Assembly (NCBI GenBank): GCA_040389905.1
Contig: JAZJZK010000006.1
Location: forward strand, 116,892-180,891
Source: Gemmatimonadota bacterium
Lineage (GTDB): Bacteria; Gemmatimonadota; Gemmatimonadetes; Gemmatimonadales; Gemmatimonadaceae
Direction of reading: 5' to 3'
DNA length: 64,000 bases
The notes beneath the pieces are model-generated. The model was not told the origin of the DNA. It ran no database searches and saw only the letters and a program-made list of their open reading frames with translations. Below are positions 18,151 to 27,096 of the stretch, piece after piece. Position numbers and translations under genes: made by a program. Positions within the stretch are counted from its first letter, which is position 1. Each line of letters starts with the position of its first letter.

Positions 18151-20943
18151 ATGCGACGTCTCACGATACTCGGCAGCGCCCTTCTTCTCTCGACCGTTTC
18201 GCTCAACGCCCTCTCCGCGCAGTCCACAACCGCAACATCAACCGGCCGCATCGTTGGCAAGATCGTCGACGCTGCGAGTGGCGCAGGCATCGCCGACGCC
18301 GGCGTTCAGATCGTCGGCACGACCCAGGGCGGACGCTCGGGTGTCGACGGCAGCTTCTCCCTCTCCAATGTGCCGGCAGGCACCGTCACCCTTCAGGTGC
18401 GGCGCATTGGCTACGCGTCGAAGACGGTCACCGGCCTCCTGCTCGAAGCCGGTAAGACGCTCGAACAGAGCATCGCGCTGACCAGTGCCAGCGTTCAACT
18501 CACGGCGCAGGTCGTGACGGCATCGAAGGAGCGTGGAACGGTTAGCGACGCGCTCGATGCGCAGAAGAATGCGGTTGGCGTCGTCAATTCTGTGACCGCG
18601 GAGCAGATTGCGAAGAGTCCGGATGGCGACGCGGCGCAGGCTGTGAAACGTATCAGCGGCGTCACAGTACAGGACGGCAAGTATGTCCAGGCCCGCGGAC
18701 TTGGTGAGCGGTACACCACGGCGTCGTTGAATAGTGCACGCGTTCCCAGCCCGGAACCTGAGAAACGCATGGTCCCTCTTGACATGTTTCCGTCCGGCTT
18801 GCTCCAGACGATCACGACGTCGAAGACGTTCACCCCCGAGCTTCAGGGCGACTTCAGCGGAGCAATGGTCGACATCAAGACACGAGAGTTCCCTGCCAGC
18901 CGGACGGGAACGCTGCAAATCGGCAGTGGCTACGCTGACGGTGCAACGGGCTCGAGTTTGTTGACCGCGTCCGGGGTTGGGGGCGAGGCGTTTGCGATGG
19001 TCAATCACAAGCGCGACCTGCCAAGTATCGTGCGGAATCTTGGAGACCTTCAGCACGTGACGTTGAGTCAAGGGGATGCAAACCTCCTGGTCGGGTCATT
19101 CCGGAACGCCTGGACACCGAAGGTGAGGACTGGATCACCATTGATCAACGGGTCTGCGTCGTTCGGCGGGAATGACCCGTTGCTGTTCGGGCACCGCGTG
19201 GGTTACCTGGTTTCCGGATCGATCTCTTCTGGCACCGATGTAAAGGACGGGCAGATCCGCGCCCTCGCGGATCGCGGGACGACGAGGGGCGAGACGATCG
19301 AAATGGACCGGTTTGCCGGACAGACGTCCAGCGAAAGTGTGCTGTGGGGTGGATTGACCAATCTGAGTACACTGGTCGGTTCCGCGTCACGACTCTCGTT
19401 CAATGGTCTGTTCAACAGGTCCGCCGACAATGACGCGCGTGTGGAAATCGGTGAATTCACGGCGGAGGCGCTGCCAGTGAAGATCACCCGGATGCAGTAC
19501 ACGCAGCGAAGCATTTACTCCGGGCAGTTCGCGGGGGAGCACCAACTGTCAGCGGGGCAACGGTTCGACTGGTCTGCGACTTCGAGCGGTGTTCGGCGGT
19601 ATGAGCCCGATCGGACCGAATTTGTACAGGACTTCGAGCGGGATACGCCGAGCGGTCCGCAGGTTTTACGTTGGTACAACGGTGGAAGTGGTGGTGCCGT
19701 GCGAACGTTTTCCGACCTGAATGAGACCAGTCACGAGTACTCCGGCAAGTACCAGCTCAGCGTTGGTCCGGCGGGATCGCAGACATTGCTCAAGGCCGGT
19801 GGACTGTATCGCAAAACGTCCCGCGATGCGCAGAGCCTGTCCTATGCGTTCAGTGGGAACAATCTCACGAACGCGCAGCGCGAGCTTTCGCTCGAACAGA
19901 TCTTTGACGGCAGGTTCTCGACGCCGAGCTCGAAGGTCTTCACCTTCGCGCCTCTGTCGCAGGGCGGGTCGTACGTGGCTGACGATGCGCTGAGTGCGGC
20001 ATTCGTCATGGCGGAGGTTCCTCTCACGCCGTCGTTGCGGCTCGTCGGCGGCGCGCGGTACGAGGCAGACAGGCTGGATGTAAACGCGTTTTCGACGCTG
20101 GGCTCGCCCGTGTTTACGCACAAAGTTTGGAACGACTGGCTTCCGTCGCTTGCGCTGAACGTAAAGCTGTCGGAAACGCAGCAACTGCGCTTTTCCGGTA
20201 CACGGACACTCGCGCGTCCCGAGTACCGTGAACTATCCCCAATCATCAGCCGCGACGTGATCGGCGGGGAGAACGTGCGCGGCGATGAAAATCTCCAGCG
20301 GACCAACATCAACAATGCGGACATCCGCTGGGAAATGTATCCCAACGCTGGTGAACTGGTGAGCGTTGGCGTTTTCGCGAAGCACTTCGACTCGCCCATC
20401 GAACGCGTGTATGGCTCCGGGAGTGGTGGTACCAGCTATGTGTTTTACACGAATGCAAAGAGTGCCGACGACTACGGCATCGAGTTCGAGGTGCGCAAGG
20501 ATCTTGGGGCGTTCGGCCGCAGGTACGAGCCGTTCAGTGTCTTCAGCAACGTGACGGTGATGCGCAGCCAGATTCACTTATATGATAGCACGCAGGCGGC
20601 AGCGACCAACCTGAACCGCGCGCTCGTGGGGCAGGCGCCATACGTCCTCAATGCGGGGCTGACGTACTCATCCTTGAGTGGCACAACGACGGCGACGTTG
20701 CTGTTCAATCGCGTGGGTGAGCGGATTACCGCAGCAGGCAGCAGCCCGCTCCCCGACGTGATCGAACAGCCGCGCAATGTGCTTGACGCGTCGATTCGAA
20801 AGAGCATCACTGCACCAGTCACATTGCGGCTCGACCTGAAGAACCTGCTTGATGCGCCGTACAAGGTGGAGCAGGGAACCGTGACCCGTGACTTTTATCG
20901 ATCGGGCAGGTCGGTCAATCTCGGTTTCCTGTGGCATCCGTGA
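18151..20943 (+). CDS. TonB-dependent receptor with N-terminal carboxypeptidase-regulatory-like domain
   Basis: Signal peptide; GRIVGKIVDA; plug motif VKRISGVTV...RGLGERY...PLDMFPSG; beta-barrel C-terminus. Confidence 0.93.
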   Translation: MRRLTILGSALLLSTVSLNALSAQSTTATSTGRIVGKIVDAASGAGIADAGVQIVGTTQGGRSGVDGSFSLSNVPAGTVTLQVRRIGYASKTVTGLLLEAGKTLEQSIALTSASVQLTAQVVTASKERGTVSDALDAQKNAVGVVNSVTAEQIAKSPDGDAAQAVKRISGVTVQDGKYVQARGLGERYTTASLNSARVPSPEPEKRMVPLDMFPSGLLQTITTSKTFTPELQGDFSGAMVDIKTREFPASRTGTLQIGSGYADGATGSSLLTASGVGGEAFAMVNHKRDLPSIVRNLGDLQHVTLSQGDANLLVGSFRNAWTPKVRTGSPLINGSASFGGNDPLLFGHRVGYLVSGSISSGTDVKDGQIRALADRGTTRGETIEMDRFAGQTSSESVLWGGLTNLSTLVGSASRLSFNGLFNRSADNDARVEIGEFTAEALPVKITRMQYTQRSIYSGQFAGEHQLSAGQRFDWSATSSGVRRYEPDRTEFVQDFERDTPSGPQVLRWYNGGSGGAVRTFSDLNETSHEYSGKYQLSVGPAGSQTLLKAGGLYRKTSRDAQSLSYAFSGNNLTNAQRELSLEQIFDGRFSTPSSKVFTFAPLSQGGSYVADDALSAAFVMAEVPLTPSLRLVGGARYEADRLDVNAFSTLGSPVFTHKVWNDWLPSLALNVKLSETQQLRFSGTRTLARPEYRELSPIISRDVIGGENVRGDENLQRTNINNADIRWEMYPNAGELVSVGVFAKHFDSPIERVYGSGSGGTSYVFYTNAKSADDYGIEFEVRKDLGAFGRRYEPFSVFSNVTVMRSQIHLYDSTQAAATNLNRALVGQAPYVLNAGLTYSSLSGTTTATLLFNRVGERITAAGSSPLPDVIEQPRNVLDASIRKSITAPVTLRLDLKNLLDAPYKVEQGTVTRDFYRSGRSVNLGFLWHP

Positions 20944-20961
20944 CCGTAAGTGGGGTACGTA

Positions 20962-20991
20962 CGTGACTGGATCGTGACAGGCACGTAACGG
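20962..20991. promoter_or_regulatory. Triple 11-bp-spaced direct repeat (Pho-box-like)
   Basis: CGTGAC 20962, CGTGAC 20973, CGTAAC 20984; minus strand reads CCGTTAC-n4-CTGTCAC-n4-CAGTCAC. Confidence 0.55.
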
Positions 20992-21094
20992 GGCGCAGAC
21001 ACGTGCGCGGTTGATTCTCGGAGGTGGTGAGCGGCTGGTCGCTCGCCACCTCCTTTTATTCGTGTCCTGCTCACTTTCAGTCCCGAGGAATTGC

Positions 21095-22840
21095 ATGCAG
21101 TTCGCCCGTCGAGCACTCTCGGCAGCCGCAGTCGTCATCGCGCTGGCCACTGTAGCCTGCGGTAGTGACACCCCCACCGAACCGGTCGCTCCAAGTCCGG
21201 TCATCGGCGCATCGGCGACGTCAAAGAGCGCGTCGAGCATAACCATCTCGTTCACGAGCACCGCGGGTGACGCGAGCTACGACGTCGAGCGCGCGGAGGG
21301 CGCCGCCGGCACCTTTGCGGCGGTCACGAACCTCCCCGCCCCTGCCGCTGCTGGCACGGTGACATACACCGACAACGGGCTCACGGCCAACACGAGCTAT
21401 CGCTATCACATCATCACAAACAAGGGTGGCCTGAAGAGTGTTGCATCGAGTGATTTGACGATTGCCACGCTGCCGTTTGGCAACGCGGCCGCGTCAATCA
21501 CGACGGATATCACAGCAAGCCGCACCTTGTTCGCGGATACCGCGTACACGCTCACGGGCTTCATTCACGTCGCCAACGGCGCGACGTTGACGATTCAGCC
21601 AGGGACGACGATCAAAGGCGACTTCAATACCCTCGGCTCCATGCTTCTCGTTATGCGTGGCGCCAAGATTCAGGCGGTCGGCACGGCGGCGGCGCCTATC
21701 GTGTTCACGTCATCGCGGGCGCCTGGGTCCCGTCAGCCAGGAGACTGGGGCGGCCTGGTCATCATCGGAAACGCGATCAACAGTCGCAGCGGTAGCGTAG
21801 CCGTCGAAGGCACGGGGACGGACGGGACAGCCGTTGTTGGCGGAAAGAACTACACCGTCATTTACAACGGTGGAACCACGCCAACCGACAATTCGGGAAC
21901 GTTGAGCTATGTGCGAGTCGAGTTCGCGGGTTATGCGCCGATTCAGGACAACGAGTTCAATGCCTTCACCTTTGGCGCCATCGGCTCCGGTACTCGCGCA
22001 TCGTATCTCGAGGCGCTTAACGGCCTGGACGACTCCTACGAATTCTTCGGCGGTGGATTTGACCTGGATCACCTGGTGGCGTTCGAAACGGCCGATGACA
22101 TTCTCGACATGTCCGAGGGCTTCCAGGGCCGCATTCAGTTCGTCGTGGCGCAGAACACGGTACGGCTCACGCCCCGTACGGGTGCCGGCTTCTATTCAAC
22201 GGACGCCGAAGGCATCGAGAACGACGGATGCGCTGGTACCGGCTGCGATCTTGGCTTCGATTCAACGCCCTTTACTCTTCCACTGGTCGCGAACTTCACC
22301 TTGATCGGCTGCGGTGACCTGAACTGCACGGGTTCTGGCGGCGGACACGGGATGATGATTCGGCGCGGATCGGGCGGATACTATGTCAATGGCGTGATCG
22401 CCCGCTTCCCAGCCGACGGCATTTCGCTCCGCGACGCAGCGACGTACGTCCGCGCGGGATCTGTGGCGGCGCCTGCCGCAACTGCGGACTTGCAGATCAG
22501 AAATGTTGTATTCGCCGAAACGAACGGGCTTATCTTTCAGGCGCCATCGGCAACCCAGTTCGCCTTCGATGCAGCCGCCAATAGCCTCATTCTGAGCACG
22601 TCGACTGCGGCGTCGTTGTTCACCGCCATCCCAGCGGTTGGCGGGTCGCCAACGAGCATCGCTGCGTTCGACTTTACGCCCGTCGCCGGATCCGCGATCG
22701 CATCGGGCGGGTTGGCCACGTTTACGGGTGCACTGGCGACAAAGGCGGGAACCGTCGTGACAGGTACTACCTACGTGGGCGGTGTTGCACCCGGGGGAAC
22801 CAAGTGGTTCCTGGGCTGGACGAATTACGCTCGCAACTAG
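21095..22840 (+). CDS. Lipoprotein with fibronectin type III domain and beta-helix-like domain
   Basis: Lipobox TVAC; Fn3 YTDNGLTANTSYRY; LTIQPGT, PIVFTS, GDWGGLVIIG, DNSGTLSYVRVEFAG, DDSYEFFGG. Confidence 0.85.
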   Translation: MQFARRALSAAAVVIALATVACGSDTPTEPVAPSPVIGASATSKSASSITISFTSTAGDASYDVERAEGAAGTFAAVTNLPAPAAAGTVTYTDNGLTANTSYRYHIITNKGGLKSVASSDLTIATLPFGNAAASITTDITASRTLFADTAYTLTGFIHVANGATLTIQPGTTIKGDFNTLGSMLLVMRGAKIQAVGTAAAPIVFTSSRAPGSRQPGDWGGLVIIGNAINSRSGSVAVEGTGTDGTAVVGGKNYTVIYNGGTTPTDNSGTLSYVRVEFAGYAPIQDNEFNAFTFGAIGSGTRASYLEALNGLDDSYEFFGGGFDLDHLVAFETADDILDMSEGFQGRIQFVVAQNTVRLTPRTGAGFYSTDAEGIENDGCAGTGCDLGFDSTPFTLPLVANFTLIGCGDLNCTGSGGGHGMMIRRGSGGYYVNGVIARFPADGISLRDAATYVRAGSVAAPAATADLQIRNVVFAETNGLIFQAPSATQFAFDAAANSLILSTSTAASLFTAIPAVGGSPTSIAAFDFTPVAGSAIASGGLATFTGALATKAGTVVTGTTYVGGVAPGGTKWFLGWTNYARN

Positions 22841-22856
22841 CCGTCTCTACTGGACC

Positions 22857-22893
22857 AACTGGCCGGCGTCCTTCCGGGGCGCCGGCCAGTTTG
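22857..22893 (+). terminator. Intrinsic terminator
   Basis: AACTGGCCGGCG...CGCCGGCCAGTT stem followed by T, right after the stop at 22840. Confidence 0.7.
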
Positions 22894-22927
22894 CACACCT
22901 CAGCGCAATCCCGACATAATTCACGAC

Positions 22928-23599
22928 ATGAACATCTCGTTTTTTCGCGGTGCAACCGTGGTCGTCTCGCTCATTTGTGCGGGGTGCGTATCGAGCGAGC
23001 AGCGTACAGCGCAATCGATGGCCGATTCCGTGGTCGTGGATTCGATCGCGCGAGCACGGCAGGACTCCGTCAACCGCGCGCAACCGGGATACATCATTGA
23101 CTCCATCTTGCCTCCCGAAGAAGAACTGCGCCGCTTTCGGGAGGCGTTTCCGGGTGAGCGGCCCCAGGCCTTCCAGAGTGGGAGTCCGACGCGCGAGGCG
23201 CTGGTCCGTCGGTTCCTGCGCGCGTTGGCCGCGAACGACACCGCTGACTTGCGGGCGATGGCGGTGCACGCACGCGAGTTCTCGGACCTTTACTATCCGG
23301 ACTCGCCATACTCGCACCCACCCTATCGCCAACCACTGTCATTCGCGTGGCGCCGTATTCAGCAGCCGAGCGACGCGGGTTTCACGAGACTGCTTCGCCG
23401 TCTCGGCGGAACGCCCCTGCGCTTCGTCAGTGAGATGTGTGACCCCAAGGTACTGCATGAGGGCCGGACGACACGCTACGCCGGTTGCCTCGTGCGAGTT
23501 GTGAGCGGTGTGGCGGACACGGCGACGAGGCGCTACTACGGTTCAATCGTGGAGCGCGACGGTCATTTCAAGTTCCTCAGCTACACCAATGACTTCTGA
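22928..23599 (+). CDS. Hypothetical lipoprotein
   Basis: Lipobox CAGC; overlaps pstS start. Confidence 0.7.
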   Translation: MNISFFRGATVVVSLICAGCVSSEQRTAQSMADSVVVDSIARARQDSVNRAQPGYIIDSILPPEEELRRFREAFPGERPQAFQSGSPTREALVRRFLRALAANDTADLRAMAVHAREFSDLYYPDSPYSHPPYRQPLSFAWRRIQQPSDAGFTRLLRRLGGTPLRFVSEMCDPKVLHEGRTTRYAGCLVRVVSGVADTATRRYYGSIVERDGHFKFLSYTNDF

Positions 23600-24626
23600 G
23601 CCGCGCGTGGGGCTGCGATTGGCCGTCGTCGCGATTGCATCGACGATCGTGGTGTCCTGTTCTGGTGGAGCGGACAGCAGCCGCCACCCGGAAGTGAATC
23701 TTACGGGCGCAGGAGCGACGTTTCCATATCCGCTCTATCGGGCGTGGTTTTCCGAGTATGGTGCTCAAGCAAATGTTCGCATCAACTACTTCTCCGTCGG
23801 ATCGGCCGAAGGACTTCGGCTCCTGTCACAGGGCGACGTGGACTTCGGTGCGACCGACCGGCCGATGCGGTTGACCGCAGGGGATGCGGCTTGCGGACGA
23901 GTGGCCATTCCAACGGTGATCGGACCAATTGCCGTTGCGTACAATTTGCCTCGCTTGGGCACCGAGCAATCTCTCCAGGTGGATGCTCGTCTGCTGTCAA
24001 ACATCTATTCCGGGCGCGTCAGGCGGTGGAATGACGAGGGAATCAGAAAGCTGAACCCAGGGGTTTTGCTGCCGTCGATGCCGATTGTGGTGGTTCACCG
24101 AGCAAACGGAAGCGGCACCGGCCGCGCATTCAGCAGCTACCTTGCGACGTCCGGATCGTGGGGGAGTGCCGTTGGGGATACGGCTGACGCAAAATGGCCC
24201 GTCGGACTTGCGGCTGAGGGAAACGAGGGGGTGGCCACAGAGGTAAAGGTGACCGTGGGTGCGATCGGCTACATGGAACTCGCGTACGCCAGACTGAACC
24301 GGCTGTCCATCGCCGCGGTTCGTACGCCAGACCGCGGCTACCAGCTTCCAGGTCGCGAGTCGCCGGACTATCCAATCACGGCGCGCACGCTACTTGTTAT
24401 CGACGCAACACATGTGTCCAACGAGCGAGGTAGCGCCTTGGTGTCGTTCATCCGTTGGGCTCTTCGGCATGGAGCGAGCCAGGCACAGGCGATGGAGTAC
24501 ACGACGTTGCCGCCGGACACCATCGCCCACTATGACTCCGTGCTCACCGCCCTTCAGTTCGGAAAAGGCGCGGTTACTGGCTGCGCGGCGTCGGGGAAGG
24601 CGGCAACGAGCGGACGCGGGTCTTGA
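23589..24626 (+). CDS. pstS: Phosphate ABC transporter substrate-binding protein
   Basis: LTGAGATFPYPLY, NYFSVGS, DFGATD, VVHRANGSGT, GNEGVA, GAIGYMELAYA, YPI. Confidence 0.85.
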   Translation: MTSEPRVGLRLAVVAIASTIVVSCSGGADSSRHPEVNLTGAGATFPYPLYRAWFSEYGAQANVRINYFSVGSAEGLRLLSQGDVDFGATDRPMRLTAGDAACGRVAIPTVIGPIAVAYNLPRLGTEQSLQVDARLLSNIYSGRVRRWNDEGIRKLNPGVLLPSMPIVVVHRANGSGTGRAFSSYLATSGSWGSAVGDTADAKWPVGLAAEGNEGVATEVKVTVGAIGYMELAYARLNRLSIAAVRTPDRGYQLPGRESPDYPITARTLLVIDATHVSNERGSALVSFIRWALRHGASQAQAMEYTTLPPDTIAHYDSVLTALQFGKGAVTGCAASGKAATSGRGS

Positions 24627-25386
24627 ACGTCTGGTAGTTCTTCGAATCGGTGGGTAGTGAGCGGATGATCGCGGGGTCGTAGCCTGCGATCATCGCCTTG
24701 GTCACCGCGATGCGATCCTCTTCCATCGGGTGCGTCGCAAACCATCCTTCGACGGCCGAAGGATTCGACGTCCGTTCATTGATCAGGATCTGGAACATCT
24801 CGGGGATGCCGTTCGGGCTGATGCCGGCGCGGATCGTGTTCCGGACGCCCTCTTCGTCGGCTTCGGTTTCGTCGGAGCGGCTGAAGCGCGCGAAGAGCGC
24901 TGTTCCACCCACCTGAATCGCAGCCTGACCCGCCTGGCTGTTGCAGACGCTCGTGAGCACGCAGGCGAGCGTGACGCCGATGTTCGCGCCCTGCTGCTGC
25001 TGCATCTGCTTGATCGAATGGCGTCGGACCACGTGACCAATCTCGTGACCGAGTACGCCCGCCAGCTGATCCATGCGCTGGGTGCGTTCGACGAGCCCAC
25101 GATTCACGTAGATGAAGCCACCGGGGACCGCGAAGGCATTGACCTCCTTCGAATCCACCATGTAGAACTTCCACGCGCCCGCCTCGGTGAGGTCGGTCCG
25201 CGAGGTGAGGCGGGCGATGGAATCGCCGATCACATTGATGTACCGGTTGATCTCCGGGTCGCCCACAATTGGAAGCTGCTGGTTGATCTGCGCCGAATAC
25301 TGCGCGCCCATATCGACTTCTTGTTGCGTCGAGACGCCACAGGCCGTCACAGATACCGCGAGCGCCACCGTCAGAATGCGTTTCAT
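24574..25386 (-). CDS. M48 family metalloprotease (lipoprotein)
   Basis: Lipobox VTAC; VNAFAVPGG; HEIGH; FSRSDETEAD; ATHP. Confidence 0.92.
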   Translation of the reverse strand: MKRILTVALAVSVTACGVSTQQEVDMGAQYSAQINQQLPIVGDPEINRYINVIGDSIARLTSRTDLTEAGAWKFYMVDSKEVNAFAVPGGFIYVNRGLVERTQRMDQLAGVLGHEIGHVVRRHSIKQMQQQQGANIGVTLACVLTSVCNSQAGQAAIQVGGTALFARFSRSDETEADEEGVRNTIRAGISPNGIPEMFQILINERTSNPSAVEGWFATHPMEEDRIAVTKAMIAGYDPAIIRSLPTDSKNYQTFKTRVRSLPPSPTPRSQ

Positions 25387-25441
25387 TGTCTCTCTCGTCT
25401 AAGCGTTCACACACACCCTTTGCAAGAGCCATTCCCCGTAC

Positions 25442-26218
25442 GTGGGAAATGCTAACATATTGAAACTGCTCACTTTAGCACGTGACATCCAGCGCCGAAA
25501 AGCGCGAGAAAAACTCGGCCTTTTCGCGGCGGAAGGCGTGCGGACCGTCGAGGAGCTCACGCGGTCGCGCGTTCCCATCCGGGGCGTGCTCGTTTCTCCA
25601 CAGCTTGCCGACGCGCCGCGCGGTCTTGCGCTCCTTGGCATGCTTCGCACCGCGGGCGTGGAAACGGTCGAGGTGACCGCCGCCGAGTTTGCGAGCGCCG
25701 CCGAGACGGAGTCCCCACAGGGGGTGCTGGCGTTGGGGCAGATTCCTGAGGCGCGACTCGAGGCGCTCGCGCTGCCTCCCGTCGCGCGAATCGTTGTGCT
25801 GGACGCCGTCCAGGATCCGGGAAATGCCGGGACTATCCTGAGGACAGCAGCGGCGCTCGGCGCCGCCGGCGTCGCGGCAATGCCGGGAACCGTTGACCTA
25901 TGGAACGCCAAGGTCGTCCGTAGTGCGATGGGGGCCAGCTTTCACCTCCCGGTGCTCTCTGCCACGTGGACCGAGCTCGACGATTACCGGACGACACACA
26001 ACTTAACACTCTGGGGCGCCGACGTCGGGGGCCCTGCACTCGAGTCCCTCGTTCCACCTGCCCGACTCGGCCTGATCGTGGGCAACGAAGGTGGTGGGCT
26101 CTCGGGTGACGCGCGCGCACGGGTCGACAGTCTCGCCTCGTTGCCCATCGGATCGATCGTGGAATCTCTGAACGTCGCCGTTGCGACGGGCATCTTTCTC
26201 TACCAGTTGCGCACGTGA
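25442..26218 (+). CDS. TrmH family (SPOUT) RNA methyltransferase
   Basis: LDAVQDPGNAGTILRTA; VGNEGGGL; VESLNVAVA. Confidence 0.93.
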   Translation: MGNANILKLLTLARDIQRRKAREKLGLFAAEGVRTVEELTRSRVPIRGVLVSPQLADAPRGLALLGMLRTAGVETVEVTAAEFASAAETESPQGVLALGQIPEARLEALALPPVARIVVLDAVQDPGNAGTILRTAAALGAAGVAAMPGTVDLWNAKVVRSAMGASFHLPVLSATWTELDDYRTTHNLTLWGADVGGPALESLVPPARLGLIVGNEGGGLSGDARARVDSLASLPIGSIVESLNVAVATGIFLYQLRT

Positions 26219-27072
26219 CCCTATCTACTCTCGCGACCGTCTACGCCTTCCTCGTCGGACTGTGCGTCGGATCATTCCTCAACGTCTGTGTCGCCCGGTG
26301 GCCGCGCGAAATGAGCGTGGTTCGACCTCGTTCGCGGTGCCCCTCCTGCGGCCACCAACTCTCCTGGTTCGAGAACATTCCGCTCTTCAGCTGGCTCGTG
26401 CTGCGCGCCAAATGCCGCTGCTGCGAGGAGCCCATTTCGTGGATCTATCCATTCGGTGAGTTGACGATCGGGATCATGTGGGCGGTGTGTGTGTCGCAGT
26501 TCGGTCCGTCATTTACCGCCGTGCGCGTCGCCGTGTTCCTCACGATCCTGACCGGCGTCGCGATGACGGATCTGCGCCACTACCTGATTCCTGATGGTTT
26601 CACCGTGACCGGGCTGCTCTGGACGCTTGCCACGGCGCTCGTCGGTGTGTTCTTCTACGAGACGACCCTCTTCGCCGGACCGTACGATGCGCTCATCGGT
26701 GCGTGCGCCGGTGCCGGTCTCATCGCGATCATCGGCTGGCTGGGTGAGGCCGCCCTCAAGCGCGAAGCGATGGGGATGGGCGACATGACGCTCATGGCGT
26801 TCGTCGGGGCGGCGCTTGGGCCGTCCCGCTCCATCGCCACGATCTTCCTCGGCGCGACGATCGGCGCCGTCACGTTTCTCTTCGTTGTGTATCCGATCGC
26901 GTTTCTTCGCCGCGACCGTGTGATCCAGCAGACCGAACTGGCGCTCGGAGGCTCCACGGCCGCTCCAGTGGAACTGCCTCTCGTGCCCTTCGGTGTCTTC
27001 CTCGCCCCCGCAGCGGTTATCATGCTGTTCTGGGGAGACGTCATACTGGCTAAACTGTTTCCAGCGTTTTGA
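26215..27072 (+). CDS. pilD: Prepilin peptidase / N-methyltransferase (A24)
   Basis: GSFLNV, RSRCPSCG...ENIPLFSW...CRCC, DLRHYLIPD, MGMGD, PFGVFL. Confidence 0.93.
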   Translation: MTLSTLATVYAFLVGLCVGSFLNVCVARWPREMSVVRPRSRCPSCGHQLSWFENIPLFSWLVLRAKCRCCEEPISWIYPFGELTIGIMWAVCVSQFGPSFTAVRVAVFLTILTGVAMTDLRHYLIPDGFTVTGLLWTLATALVGVFFYETTLFAGPYDALIGACAGAGLIAIIGWLGEAALKREAMGMGDMTLMAFVGAALGPSRSIATIFLGATIGAVTFLFVVYPIAFLRRDRVIQQTELALGGSTAAPVELPLVPFGVFLAPAAVIMLFWGDVILAKLFPAF

Positions 27073-27096
27073 CGTGGGGATCCGACGGAGAGGCGA

